From contig CAJINV010000006.1 in assembly GCA_905178155.1 (NCBI GenBank), positions 3,968,130 to 4,032,129 of the forward strand: DNA of 64,000 nt, written 5' to 3'. The DNA comes from Amoebophrya sp. A120. Its lineage: Eukaryota > Protista > Dinoflagellata. Position numbers and translations under genes: made by a program. Positions 11,342 to 24,158 of the stretch are shown here, one piece after another. The notes below the pieces were generated by a model. The model made no database searches, was not told where the DNA came from, and saw nothing but the letters and a program-made list of their open reading frames with translations. Position 1 is the stretch's first letter; each line of letters starts with the position of its first letter.

Positions 11342-13361
11342 CTACGCCCGATCCCCGAGCTTGTCCGCTTCCACCTTGTTGTTCTGCTTCCGCAGCAATT
11401 CCCGCCCGGTTGCCTTGTGTATCCTGTGCAAAACTATCGTACTCGTAGTAAATGCAGTCACGCATTACAAATTTTTTTCCTAAGGTAAATCCGCATGACG
11501 AATTTCATTTCTCATGCTGAGGGAATTTGTAATGCATTTATACGAGTACGATACTTTTGCAATGCATATTGTAGTCAAAGTCGCAGTTGTGCTCTTCCGG
11601 TAGCCGGTGGGCGCTGCAAAACACGTAGCCGCACCGGCACTCGATGGCACCTGGAGTAGAAGATTATATAGATTTGTTTACATTCATCTTCTTCATCATG
11701 CTGTTTGTCATGCGAAACATCCACAGAAAGGTAGTTTGTCATGCAGAACTACATCAACCATACGCTATAATTACCCGCCAACTTGCACTTCTTGTTGCAC
11801 ACCCAACACCTCGTTTTGTCGGTCTGAACAGGTCGCTCCTTCTTCTCTTCTTCGTCGTCGCCTTGTTTCATCTCGACGTCTTTTTCGCCCTTTTGTTCCT
11901 TCTCCTCCGCTTCTTTCTGCTTCTTTAGTATCTCTTCCTGGTCCTTCTGCTGTTTCTGGGTAAAACACTTCGAGCAGTAGTTTTCCGTTTTCGGGTTGCC
12001 CTGTTGTTGTTCAATAATTAAAATTATTTTTCGTTTATTATTTCCATAGATGTAGATGATACTGAGTGAAGATCAAGTTCAAAGTGCAGCATACTATCAG
12101 TTGCATGACAAATCGAAGAGCAGGAGATCAACATTCCGCGCATGATGACGAAAAAAACCTACGACGAAAAGATGGAACTACATATAGAAGGACTATAATA
12201 CCCAAAACCCGCAGTCGCCCTTACACCTGACCGGCTCGGCGGATTTGTCATCCTTCGTTTCCTCTTTCTTCGCGCCGTCTGCACTGCTGCTCGTATGCAC
12301 TGCAAATATCCCTGGATGTTGTCTGGAAGAGTTGTTGTCCGAGTTTGTCATGCTAGGTCTGATCGACACAAAAGTCTGTATTGCATGACCAGCAAATATT
12401 AAAGCGTTCACTTTTGCTCACCCGATGAAGACAACGGCTGTCATGCGGAATAGGCATCGTCGAGGAGCCTTTTCAAAACCTGTGATGCTGGGGCCCGCAT
12501 TCCAGACCTTCTGGGTCATGCGAAACCTGCATGACAAACCTTGCAGTCTTCCAGACGCCGGAGACATATTTGCACTAGATAGCTCGCCGCACTCGCCGAA
12601 GTCCCTGACACAACCGTCCCCTTCACGAGGAACACCGTCGCGCCGCTTGCGACCTTTTTGTCTGCCAGAACGTCGTCGTCGGTGAGGACTTTACCTGACA
12701 ATCGGATGAAAAGGATCTTCTCTTCATCCTATCTACAGCAAGACAAAACTGCACACTCATGTCAAGTTCCGCATCACAAAAAAAGTATTACTCGACGTAA
12801 GCAAGTAGAAGTAAGTACTCACACTATACCTTTGAACACCAGCTTCTGGACTTCTATTGGGAATTTCTGTTCCGTTTTCTTCGCTATCAAGTCCTTCAAG
12901 TCCGGTATCCTGTGCAAAAGTATCGTATTGCAATCATGCATTACATATTCTTTTGTTAAGGTGAATCCGCATTACAAATTATATTTCTCATGCTGATCAA
13001 ATTTGTAATGCATTTATACGAGTACGATACTTTTGCAATGCATATCCAGGGTTTTCACGCATTTTGTCTTGTCCGCTTCTATACTGACAGGTGTGGACCC
13101 GGAGACTTTTATCGTGAAGGTCAGCAAGTTTTCGGGTGGTATTGACGGGGCAGCACGGGAAGCAGAATCATCTGCTGGCTCGTCTTTTGCGTCTTTGTTC
13201 TCGTCTGTTGAAGTGCCGGTTTTGTTGTCTCCTGTTGGGTTGTCGTTTGCGTTGCCTGCGGTGGAAGAGGAGGAGGTTGCTGGTTTTTCTTCTTCGGGTT
13301 TGTCTTTGTTCAGGACCAGCTTGTCCTCCGGCGGAGGGGAAACTTCCGGGGTTCCCGACAT
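11342..13361 (-). CDS. Ubiquitin-like + A20 zinc finger + AN1 zinc finger protein (ZFAND/SAP-like)
   Basis: UBL: [34 protein letters not shown]20: [22 protein letters not shown]1: [40 protein letters not shown]. Confidence 0.88.
11420..11568. mobile_element. Introner family B
   Basis: Family TIR; TSD TTGTG/TTGTA. Confidence 0.93.
12294..12581. mobile_element. Introner family D (diverged)
   Basis: Family TIR; TSD GCTCG. Confidence 0.88.
12906..13044. mobile_element. Introner family B
   Basis: Family TIR; TSD TCCGG/TCCAG. Confidence 0.93.
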
Positions 13362-14936
13362 TTTTCTCGTTTTGGGTGTAAAAGTCAAACTTAAGCTGAA
13401 GCTTATTCAAAAAGTTGTTCTCAACAGTAGCTCTGTATCTATAATTCGCTAGAAGAGGAACAAGAATCTCTAGTGGATTCAATTTGCTGGACTTCTCGGG
13501 TAGGAAACTTATGTCACAAATAACAAACGCCAGGTCGTTGTAAGGTACTGTCTTTGTACAAGGGCGTGTGACTACTTAATATTACCCAGCGGGTTTTCTA
13601 AACTCTGGCGTCGCAACCACGATTTTTGCTGCGAAAAAAAAGTAGCTCTAATAATATTGCGTAAATACAACAGTGTTTGTGTTCTCAATCGGCACTGCGA
13701 GTTTGTTGTGTGTTGCGGATTTTCTTAGCATATGGTCTAACTACAGTAACAGGAGTCGAGGATCGTACTGCTATTACAACTAGATTTCAGGATTATTTCC
13801 TTTGCAGCTCCGTTTTTTTTTCGTTATCTTTCTTCTTAGATGTTTGGTGAACGCCATTGCGGGGTTGGTGCTAAATAATTGAACCCTAAAATCAGCAGCT
13901 CATCGTCCGCGCCGGCTCGCGGTATTCATCGATGGTTACCAAAGTCAACCACAAGAAAAATACAAATCTCACGCTCACACTGATGGTGAAAGCTCACAAT
14001 GTTTTCATACAAATTCTGGGTCCAAAAATTTCAAAAATAGAAATGCTCAGCGGGGAGGCGTGGTGGGTATTAAAGTGAGGTTCGTAGCGACAAGAGTGGC
14101 CTGTGGTGCGATAAATTTCAACAATTGTGTTGGACACACAGGGAAGATATTGAAGTAGAGGCATGAAGATCCATTACAGCCAAGAGGTAAAGAAATCTTT
14201 CTCTAACTTGTTGTCCAAACAAGGCCGCAGTGGAACAAACACACCACCAGAGCAAAGATAGAAGGCCGAGATTCGCAACAGGGACCGAGTTGCAGTTTCC
14301 AGCTTCGTTTATTTCTTTTTCATCTCTTGAACAACGATGTAAAGGGTTCTTCCTCCGGTACTAAATCAGAAACTACAAGCCGCAGACCGAGTCGAAGTAG
14401 AACGACGAAGTGTAGTTTCTCGCTCTCTCATACTTCATCATCCTCTCATTCTCTTTCTCAGGCGAACGTCCTCTTCGATAAAATCATAGACGAAGCTTGA
14501 TGTACTGGCAGACCGACTCATCTATTAGTTGTAGAATAGGTATGGCATATTTCGAAAGTACTATTTCGCGCGCAACGAAACGATGAATAGACATCAAGGG
14601 GGTAGCGAGATATTAAAGATGAACACGGATCTATCAAATTTTTTCTACCTCACCGACTCAGCTCGTCGTAGGGACACGACCTACAAGGTGAAGAGGCGCC
14701 ACCTCATTTAGTACAACTTATTCGTTCTATTGCAATGTCATATGAAATAAATCCAGCCTGTTTCTGCGGTTTTGTCAACATGTGTTTCCGTTGGAAAAAC
14801 ATTTATGCGCGAAGCGTATAATCGTCAGATAGAGGTGGTCGTGGTTCTATGTGTCAGGATTTAGAGTTCATCTCCGGAGCAGGAGGTGGAAAACAACGTA
14901 GAAAATCCCAACCACAACTCAATACGCAGCCTGTAT

Positions 14937-17323
14937 TCACTTTTTCCCCCTTCCCTTTCCGCCCTTTCCACCCCCTCTTTTCGACGTTTTCTTCACGACG
15001 CCCTTCTTCGCTTTCTTCTCGCTGGCCGCCTGAAACTGCCCCGTTTTGCTGTTCACCTTGGAACTAAACCCCCCGTTTTGCACCTTGTCGAACGTCTTCA
15101 AAACCGCCGAAGTCTCGTTTTTCTCCACCTTTATGGCGCTCTCAACTGTTACAATCTCAGCTGTTACATGATTTGTTATGCAAAATTACCTTGACTATCA
15201 ACGCCATCAAGCTGCTTCGCATGACAAATTCTCAGACGGCCAAACAGGCTGAGAATCTGCGCCAAATCTGTCATGCAAGACGCGCAAGCTCCTTCCTTTC
15301 ACTTTTGCGATTCTTGCATCACAAATTCATGTAACAGTTGAGAATGTGACGTTTGAGAACGCCATAACCTTCGCCCCGCTGTTGGAACCCCCCGCAACGA
15401 GTTTCTTCTTCCCGTATGACAGTGCACAACTCCCCCTCCCCCTCATTTGTGATGTAAAGTCCCATATCCAAGTGCTGCCTTGTGGCACCGTTTGCATGAC
15501 AGATTATGGAAGCCGAAACAGTAAGACACTACACGCATGAACTTGTCATGCGCAGGCTCCATGTGCGCTGATGTTTCTATTGCTGCTCATGCAGCACAAA
15601 TGAGGGGGAGGGGGGGTTGTGCACTCTCATATCCCGCCCCGCTTCTTCACCACTTCTTCCTTCTTCGCCAGTCGGTCGAACTTCCCTCGGGAGCCGGAGG
15701 AGGTCTGGGCGCGTTTAAGGGCCTCTTTCAGACCGTCTTTACCCCGGTTACTGTTCGTGCCCACGTTCTCGCCTTTGAATTGGTATTTTCGACAAATTTT
15801 TTTACGTTTCAATTTTTGGGTATTGTTCTTTCTATTTGTATTTGCAGATCTTCCGCAACGACCGCATGACAGATGAGGCTATACCAGCAGCAAACATTGC
15901 ATAGGACATCAAGATCAAGTAGTACAACAAAGTTGAGTATTAGTATTTGTCTTTTTATACCTGTTTTCTCCAGAGAAACCGGTGCGAGTTTGAAGCCGGC
16001 CTGTTCCACTTTGTTCCGCATCTCCCGTAGTTTCTGTTTTGCCATGTTCAGCTTTTTTTCCGTTTTCCGCTTCTTAAACGGGTCCTCCATCGGGTCGGTT
16101 TTCCCGTCCTCTTTAACCTCAATGGCCCACTCCGCATTCTCCGCGTTCTGCTTCACAGATTTGTAGCCGTACCGCCGGGACCAGCCGCCGACCGTTTCGT
16201 CCCACACCATTTTGCTGCGCTTCTTCTTCTCGATACCACGAGCCTCGGCGAATTTCTGAGGTTGAAATTTTTTCTTTTTGACTCCGAGTACTATAAACCG
16301 AAGGAACTTACGAATGCTGCTGCCAAGCTGTAGTTCACATCTGACGAAACACGCAGGAGGGATACAAGAGCTATGGCTAGTATGCTGCAATTAGCATGCG
16401 TATAAACTAAATTTGAATTAAAATTATTTCATCTATCTGGTATAAGATGAAGCTCTATACCTCCCATCTGGTTTTTTCCTTCTGTTTCGGGCAGGGCTTC
16501 TGTCTGGGCAGCCGATAAACCTCCGCCGGACTGTCGAAGTGGCCCCGTAACACCGCGACGGTGCCCGTTTCCGCGGACTCCTATCCAGCAAAAAAACTGT
16601 GTAAGTGTAAGTTTGTAGGAAGATCAGCATCACAAATGCGTTTTGCATCACAGGGAAATAAACCTGTCATGCGCAGCTAGTATCAGTGGAAACACCTATG
16701 AAAGTGGCCTGTGACCACGCACCTCTAGCATGACAAGTGTATAACAGTTCTTTGGCATTTCCTGCATCACAGACTTAGTACACCTACACAGTTTTCTTCT
16801 TGCATAACTCCTGCGGTAAACTGAAGAGTTTATTCACCAACAATTGCACGTTGTCCCGCGTCGCGGTGACCAAGGCCTTGTTCTTCGCCGACAAATTGTT
16901 CAATTTTGACTCATCGATTTTAATTGGAGTAATGTCGAAAGCGGTCATATCCGCGAAGTTGTAGGTTAAATTGTCCTCTTTATTCTCCGGCACCGCGGAA
17001 AGCAGCTCCACTTGCTGCCGTTCCACGATTTTTGGCTCTTTGTCTTTGTTCAGCTGCACAACGGCCTTGGAGGCGGTCGTTGGTGTTGAAGTCGTCGTCG
17101 TTGCTGCTGCGACTGCAGTTGTACTAGCAGAAGAAGTTGTACTGGATGCAGGCGTAGCGCTGGGTACAGCAGAAGCTGGGTCGTTCGTCTTGTTCACAAC
17201 TGTTTCCACAACATCTGCAGTTGTGCAAGTCTTTCTCGCCTCTCCCACTGTTGAAGCAGCAGGAAGGGGGGAAGCTACAACAGCCGTCTTCTCGGCCGTA
17301 CTATTCTCGTCCATGGTCGTCAT
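14937..17323 (-). CDS. RRS1: Ribosome biogenesis regulatory protein RRS1
   Basis: Motifs TRDNVQLLVNKLFSLP, QKFAEARGIEKKKRSKMVWDE..GGWSRRYGYK and AQTSSGSRGKFD. Three introners and two GT-AG introns. Confidence 0.9.
15132..15366. mobile_element. Introner family C
   Basis: Family TIR; TSD ACCTT. Confidence 0.95.
15415..15631. mobile_element. Introner family I
   Basis: Family TIR; TSD TCCCG. Confidence 0.95.
16582..16806. mobile_element. Introner family J
   Basis: TATCCAGCAAAAAAACTGTGTAAGTGTA...TACACAGTTTTCTTCTTGCATA; TSD ACTCC. Confidence 0.92.
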
Positions 17324-18312
17324 GATTCAGTTTTTCTGGTGGTTTTAACTTTTTCGGAGCAGGGTTTGACAATTCTGGATCTACTTAACGCAAACGAGCC
17401 CGGTCTAAAAATGAATTCAAAACAACTTCAAATTGATTTCAAACATTTTGAAAATTGAAGAACTAGCCCCTTTCTTCCGGGGAGAAGTGGTTCGCAAGCT
17501 GGCAGAGCAGTGCTTTTAGCTTCATTTGGTTCAACAGGGGAGGAGCGCACTCTTGCCATACAGGTGCCTGCTTCTTGGGAGGGCGCGCGATGCTCTTATT
17601 CGAAAAAAGGAAAGACGACAACCCGCGCGCGCGTTGCAAATCTGTCTCCAGCTTGGCATGTGGCCCGCCGTAGTTGTGTGTTGACGACTTGGGCCATATA
17701 TAGACGCGCCCTGGCGCCAAATAGGGCAAGGCTAGCTACAAGGAAGCAGAAAAGTGATGGGGTCCGCATTGTTGATCTGGTTCATTTTCGCGATGCTTAG
17801 CCAGGAGGGCGAGCGCCGCTCCGTCCAGGGTGGGCTAGTGAGCGACAGCACAGTCAAGGCACAGCACAGCCCTTTCTTCTGTGCCATATAAACGCGCGCC
17901 AGCTTTTGGCGTGAGGCGGACCACCGAGGGAGGGGCGGCAAGTAGTGCCTTGCGAACGTCCAAGCCAGCCCTCCCTGGCTTCTGTGCTTGGTCTTAATGC
18001 TGTTGCTGCTGCTGCAAGCGGAAAGCGCAGTTGGAGAAGCCTAATTCTGCGACCCTCCGCCCCTGCAAAGGCGCAAGAGCCGGCGCTTGGTGGCTGCCAT
18101 TGGAGCGCCGGGCGAGAGCAGGTGGCGATGGTTGCTCTTTCTAGCAGCCGACGACCAGCATTGCGAAGGCAGGCAACCCAATTCAGTCCGACAGACAATC
18201 CGGCTGCAATCCAGGTCAATCCGAAAACAGTCCAAAAAAATCTGCCATCTTAGAATCCAGGTCAAGACTTTTTTGGACTGAATTTGGTTGAGGTCGTGGA
18301 TTGAGGTTTGTC

Positions 18313-18430
18313 CGGCCAACTTCAAACGCCGGATTGGATTTTTCGGACCAACTTCAAACGGCGGATTGGATTTTTCGGACCAACTTCAAACGGCGGATTG
18401 GATTTTTCGGACCAACTTCAAACGCCGGAC
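18313..18430. repeat. 32-bp tandem repeat, ~3.6 copies
   Basis: Unit GGACCAACTTCAAACGGCGGATTGGATTTTTC. Confidence 0.95.
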
Positions 18431-18819
18431 TGCAGTCGCTTCGTGAGGCCATGTCGGAGCAGGGTTTGAAAATTCTGGATCTACCTTCGAAGGCGCGCGC
18501 GTCGTGCACTTCTTAAAAAAGAAGGCCAGGCCTTCCTCAGCCACCCAAAATTTTTGGCTTGGCGCGGCGCTGCGCGCCGCGCGTTTGTTTTGTTTTTCCT
18601 CACCCAACTGGTAGGGGCGTGCAGAATTTTTGTGAGAGAGGAAAAAAGCGACGGCGGGGTGTGCTCGCTGTCTCACTTCAGCCCGAATCTGTCTTGTTGT
18701 TCAATTTGCAATTTGTCACGCGCTTGTTATTGAAATGGCTCTTAGTGCTTCAACTTTCCACCAGAGTGCTGCAATACCCATCTCAATAGCCGCTGCGTGA
18801 CACGTTGCAAACTGAAGCT

Positions 18820-19010
18820 GGACAACAACGCAAATTGTTGGAGTGCCCACTTCAACAATTTGCACAACGCAAATTGCTGAAGTGGTTACTTCAACAATTT
18901 GCTGCACGACGCGAATTGTTAAAGTGGCCACTTCAACAATTTGCGTTGTGCAAATCACCATTTCAGTAATTTGCACAACGAAAATTGTTGATCGTGCAGC
19001 TTTCAACAAA
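18820..19010. repeat. Degenerate ~40-bp palindromic tandem repeat
   Basis: Units resembling CACTTCAACAATTTGC-N-GCAAATTGTTGAAGTG. Confidence 0.8.
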
Positions 19011-21315
19011 ACTGTCATGCAGTTTTCGCGTCTGAGCGAAAGCTGTGTCATGTAAAACGCATCAAATTGCATGACAAGTTTCCACGTTGGAGAATTTGTC
19101 ATGCAAAATGCATCAAATTGCTGAGCCTGAATTTGAAATGGCTACTTCCCTCATCGAAGGAAAGTTGAAGTGGCCACTACTTCGATTTTCCTTCATCGAA
19201 GGAAAGTCGAAGCGGCTACCTCAGCGCTCCTTTCTGCAGGAAAGTGGAAGGAGCCGCTTCAGCAGCCTTCGCACCTCTTTCGTCCTTCTGCGTGACAAAT
19301 TTCCAAACTTGGAAACTTGTCATGCATAAATGAAGGAGAAGGACCACAGAACGCCAAAGTTGTTGAGGTGGCCACTTCGGCTTTTCCTTCATCGGAGGTA
19401 GGAAAGTTTAAGGGGCCGCTTCGTTAGCGGTTTGCTTGCCCCTCATTTCTGCGTCGCACATTGCCAATCATGGTGGCAATTTGTATAAGCTGCAACGAAG
19501 GACAAAGGAAAGCGCTTCCTTTGTCCTTCGAAAGTTCCGGCCCCCGCTCGTGGAAGAACGAAAAAGCTGTGACCTGAATAAAGATTTTACTCAGGTCCGG
19601 CGGCCTAAATAAAACTTTTACTCAGGTCCGATGGCCTGAGTAAAATCTTCAGTCAGGAGGAGCAGGGCCATGCCCAAAAAATTGCTCGCGAGCGGTCGGG
19701 ATGAGAAAAGCCCGCTTGAAAATTCAAAAAACATTTGGAATTTCCACGCGGCTTTCTGTCCAGAGACTTCCTCGCGAAGGATTCTCCTCGACGCAGTCCA
19801 TGGAGAAAAGCCCGGCCGGATATTCAAAAAGTTTATTTGAATTTCCGGGGCGGTTTTTCATTTTCTTAACCCGAAGGTCCGGTGGCCTGAATGCAACTTT
19901 TATTCCGATCGCGTTTCCTTTGTCCTTCGTTTCTGCATGATTTGTAATGCAGGAACGTAGGAGAAAAGAGGGGCCGCGTCAACTTTCCTCAGATGGGAGA
20001 AAATTGAAATGCCCACTGGCTGCAGCAGTTTCGTGCTTCTTTTGTCCCTCATTTCTGCGCCACGGGCTTCCAACTTTGGAATATTGTAGCGCAGAAGTGA
20101 AGGATCACTAGGACAACAGAGAGGCGAAGTAGTTGAAGCGATCAACTCAGCGACGCGGTGGATCGGCGGCCAGTGCGTGATGGAGGAGAACGAAGACGAT
20201 AGGACGGCTCGGCGCAAGTTGTCACCGGTTTGAGTAATGCCCAAAAACCTTGAATAATGGTCCGACTTTTGTTGGACAAGATCTAACTTTTTCGGAGCAG
20301 GGTTTGAAAATTCTGGATCTACCTTCGAAGGTTTGAATTTGATACTGACTGCGAAAAGTATACTACGAAAAAATGGTGGACGACAATTATATTCGGGTAT
20401 CTACAAAAACTTCACGTGCACGACCTGTTGCGGTTTCATCACACAGAAATGACCTCACAACCAACAGAAGTATTGGAACAATATTCGGAGAGGGAACCAT
20501 TTCAAGCGTGAAGATGAATGCCAAAAGAAGGATCTTCATCGATGATCTCGGTGTACTACATCACGAGGGCGGTCTCAATTTTTATATGCGCTGTTCTTCA
20601 TCATCTTTTTCAGAAGTAGATCCGCATATGATTCCTCGGAAGATCAGATTTCGACTTGCAGATCCACACCAATGTAATTGCTTCAGACAAAGAGCAAGAC
20701 GTGATCTGGGTCTGCTACGTCGAAGATTTTCAAGTTCATGCCCCACGATCTTCACTTTGGCGCTGCATTTCTCGCAGGCGAGTCGAAGGATCTATTGGGT
20801 GCTTGCTTTCGGCACATCATGATCTTCACAGCCTTGCCAGGACAGAAAAGATGACCTGAATTGCTTCACTGCCGGGCGGACAGAGCAGAATTGTTTCAAT
20901 GATCGCAGGGAGAGGGATGAAAACTCAAACGAAAAGGTCGGAAAAAATTTAAGTACGTTGCAAAAAGAGGACTAGGGGCCAGCACCTTCGCTTGTTTTGG
21001 TCCCTTGTTGTGTCTTGTTTTTGTACAATGACTGGATTCTGAGTTCAGGTACAAAAGGTCAAACGTACGAACAAGCTCAACTGTTCGACATTTGCCTAGG
21101 CATTAACACGATAATTCGGGTCTTGTTCTACTTCCGGACGACAGGGATCCATTACAATCCGAGCGGTCTCTGGTTGTTTTATTGCACGGTTCAAGTATAG
21201 ATACTCTCGGAAAAGAAACTTCTGTGGAAATAGAGCTGGATTGGGTTTATTCTTTCAGCACGGCTAAAACTATCAATGCTGCTAATTTAGACATACAGAG
21301 GCATGGTGCTTTTCA

Positions 21316-23226
21316 TCACCCTCTCCTGATAATCCGCAAAAACTCCTCTTCTGACACTAGCCCGTCGCCGTTATAACCCGCTAAGGTGTGACAATCTCAA
21401 GCGTTACAATAGAACCTGGAATCTGTCTTGCACGATGAGCATGACAGACTCGTCGAGCGTTCCACTTTCTGCAATACAAATTTCGCCAGTCTCTAGTGCG
21501 GTTTGGAACTCCAGAACTTGTCATGTGCAATCCTTTGCTGGGAGTAGGCTAGATTATGCACTTTTTGCATCACAGATCTCCATATTCTTTTGTAACCTTT
21601 GAGATTGTAACGCCTGAGCGAGTTATAGCCGTCTCTATCGGCTTCTTTGATCATCTCGAGCAGCTCTTCGTCCGACATGGTTTCACCTGTTCGTTGTTGA
21701 TTTTTGCATGCTCGCATGACAAAAGCGCATTGCTTTTGCATAAATTAGAAACACTGCCTTTACGTTTACCTACTTTGATTTTGTTGCGATATGCAGCTAT
21801 GCATGAGAAATTTCCTCACCAAAGTACTATACCGAGCTCCTTTGCCACTTGCTTTAAATCTTCGAGAGAAATCTTCCCACTACCCCCCTGGAAGAGCAAA
21901 AACGCCTTCTGTATCTGCTGCTTTGTGTCTTTTTCACTCATTTTTGCCGTCATTGCCGCAACAAACTCGTTGAAGTCGAGTTTTTTGGAACCTATGGGAC
22001 GAATTGGTTGTGTTCATTGCATGAGCCGCAAGGGAACATAACAAGTTTTCTGTTTTAGCATCACAAATGTCAACAAAAAGAAATCTGTCATGTGGAGAAA
22101 CCTACAGTACAGAAATCTGCCATGCGGAAAGAAATCTGTCATGCAACAGTACCTGCGTCATCCCCTCCTTCCAATCCTGAATATCCTGTGCAAAAGTATC
22201 TGATACTCGTATAATCGCAGTTGTGCATTTGTTAAGGCAAATCAGCATTACAAATTTTTTTTCTCATGCTGAGCAAATTTGTAATGCATTTATACGAATA
22301 CGATACTTTTGCAATGCATAGTGAAATCAGTTTCTTGATCTCTTCTTTCCTCGGCTCGAAACCTGCGTTTCAGTTTGTCATGCTGACGTGCAAGACAGAT
22401 CAGTTTGTCATGCTGACGTGCAAGACAGATCAGTTTGTCATGCTGACCGGCTCGAGATCAATTTGTCATGCTGACGCGTGCAACACAGTGTATCTTTGTG
22501 ATGGGTGTTCATCACAATTGCACATTTTTCATGATTTTAACTGCACGACCATGCATGCAGTGCCAGCAGGACTTTGTCATGCACAAACAGAAACAGCAAC
22601 CGCTATAATACCGAGTGCTCTCAATGCGACTTTCAACTCCTTTGCGTCGATGCTTCCGCTTCCATCGGTGTCGAAGAGGTCATATGCTGTGCAAAAAACT
22701 CGCAGTAGTGCTGGTCAAACGATACGTTGCAATCAAGCATGATTGACAGGTTACTTCTTCACACATCTCCCTGCATGACAAACTCAAACTCAAACATTTT
22801 TGTTGTTGAGAAAAAATTTGCACTGCGATTTCTACTCAATGCGAAGTTACAACTTTTGCACAAATGCGTAAGTCGAAGGCTTCCTTGATTTCCTGTTTCT
22901 GCTCTTCTGTCAGAGAAAAATCCCGCTTTTTCGATATAACCTGCTCATGTGTAACAATCTCAAACGTTACAATAGCATATGTGATGCAAGAGCTGCATGA
23001 TCTAGCGTACTCCCACAGGATTGCGCATGACAAGTTTCGGAGTACCAAACCGCACTAGAATCAGGCGAAGTTTATGTTGCAGAAAGTGGAACGCTGGGAG
23101 AGTTTGTCATGCTCATCATCATCAAGCAAGACAGAATCCAGATTCTATTGCAACGTTTGAGATTGTAACATCTGAGCAGGTTATATTCGAAGCCGCAGAC
23201 TTCCGCGCTGCGGTGGGAGAAGCCAT
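21316..23226 (-). CDS. Centrin (EF-hand caltractin)
   Basis: [40 protein letters not shown]...[47 protein letters not shown] after removal of 4 introners and GT-AG introns. Confidence 0.93.
21372..21627. mobile_element. Introner family K
   Basis: TIR TATAAC.CGCT.AGG.GT.ACAATCTCAA; TSD GCCGT. Confidence 0.94.
22182..22320. mobile_element. Introner family B
   Basis: Family TIR; TSD CTGAA/GTGAA. Confidence 0.92.
22370..22480. repeat. 30-bp tandem repeat inside a GT-AG intron of centrin
   Basis: TCAGTTTGTCATGCTGACGTGCAAGACAGA twice, plus two partial copies. Confidence 0.9.
22683..22870. mobile_element. Decayed introner family B
   Basis: TATGCTGTGCAAAA...CTTTTGCACAAATGCGTA; removal restores AFDLFD. 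Confidence 0.82.
22935..23185. mobile_element. Introner family K
   Basis: Family TIR; TSD TTCGA. Confidence 0.95.
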
Positions 23227-24158
23227 TTTTCCTTTCTGGTTTCTTTGCTTTTATTCCGATACAACGCAACTTTTTGTTTTTTTTCTGATGCTTCATCTTC
23301 AATTCGAGGTCCTCTTCGCAAGTGAGCGACAGCAGTAGCAGGTCCGTCAAGCGAGTCAACCTCATACTTGAGCACACATGCGTTGCTGCGAGAAGCGAGG
23401 ACTCTATCTCTAGCTGTAATTCAAGTCACCCTCACTTTTTCGAACTCAAAAGCCTGCATAGCCCGAGAGTTGTGATCTTCATGCGCCGTCGCTCCTCAAT
23501 GGTGGTCTCTCACAACAGTTGAAATTCCCTCAAAGAGCCAGCTGCGCTCACGGAGGTCACGGTCAAACGAAGATGTATACAACGAGCGGGCTCAAGTAGA
23601 ACCAGTCGAGAACGAACAGAAATAGAGTTTATACACCCAGATACAAATCTGAAAATCGGTCCAATCGAACACCGCAAGCAGCACGGGGTTTATAGCGATT
23701 CAAGCTCGAGAGGGCTAATCTGACTTCATCCATGCTGTCAGCCTGAAGCAATTAGCAATTCAAAAAATCCGCCATTTCCCGAAAACGGGAACCACCCAAA
23801 AAACTGGCAGATTACAAACAAAACCGGTGGACTTTTCGATTTTTTCTCACAGCAAAACTGTGAGTTTGAAAAATCCAGGAACAACTACCGGGAAAAAGGA
23901 ATTGCCTTTCGGAGCTGCAGCCCCCGCTGAAATACTGATACTTTTCAAAACAAAAGACGTGCAAGCATGATTTATTTGTGCTGTACATCCAAAAAGTTTT
24001 TCGAGTTCATTATCCGAGACGGAATAACTTGATATGAAACCTAGGAATTTTGGTCTCGTACTCGTTCTCGACGTTTTGCACGTACTTACTGTTGTTACAC
24101 TTGCTGGTATTTTGCAATACAGATAATATATAAATTAAAATTTATTTTCAGGAAAATT

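Larger units (their letters stand above)
17346..20331. mobile_element. Putative insertion(s) bounded by three copies of a ~40-bp direct repeat
   Basis: TCGGAGCAGGGTTTGA(A/C)AATTCTGGATCTAC at ~17354, 18454 and 20292; interior rich in tandem and inverted repeats; no convincing ORF. Confidence 0.6.

Noticed and set aside
17463-17490. CTAG plus small hairpin as a Helitron 3' end
   Set aside because: Weak stem and no identifiable 5' end or Rep/helicase.
18313-18430. CRISPR-like 32-bp repeats
   Set aside because: Head-to-tail with no unique spacers, no cas genes and a eukaryotic context.
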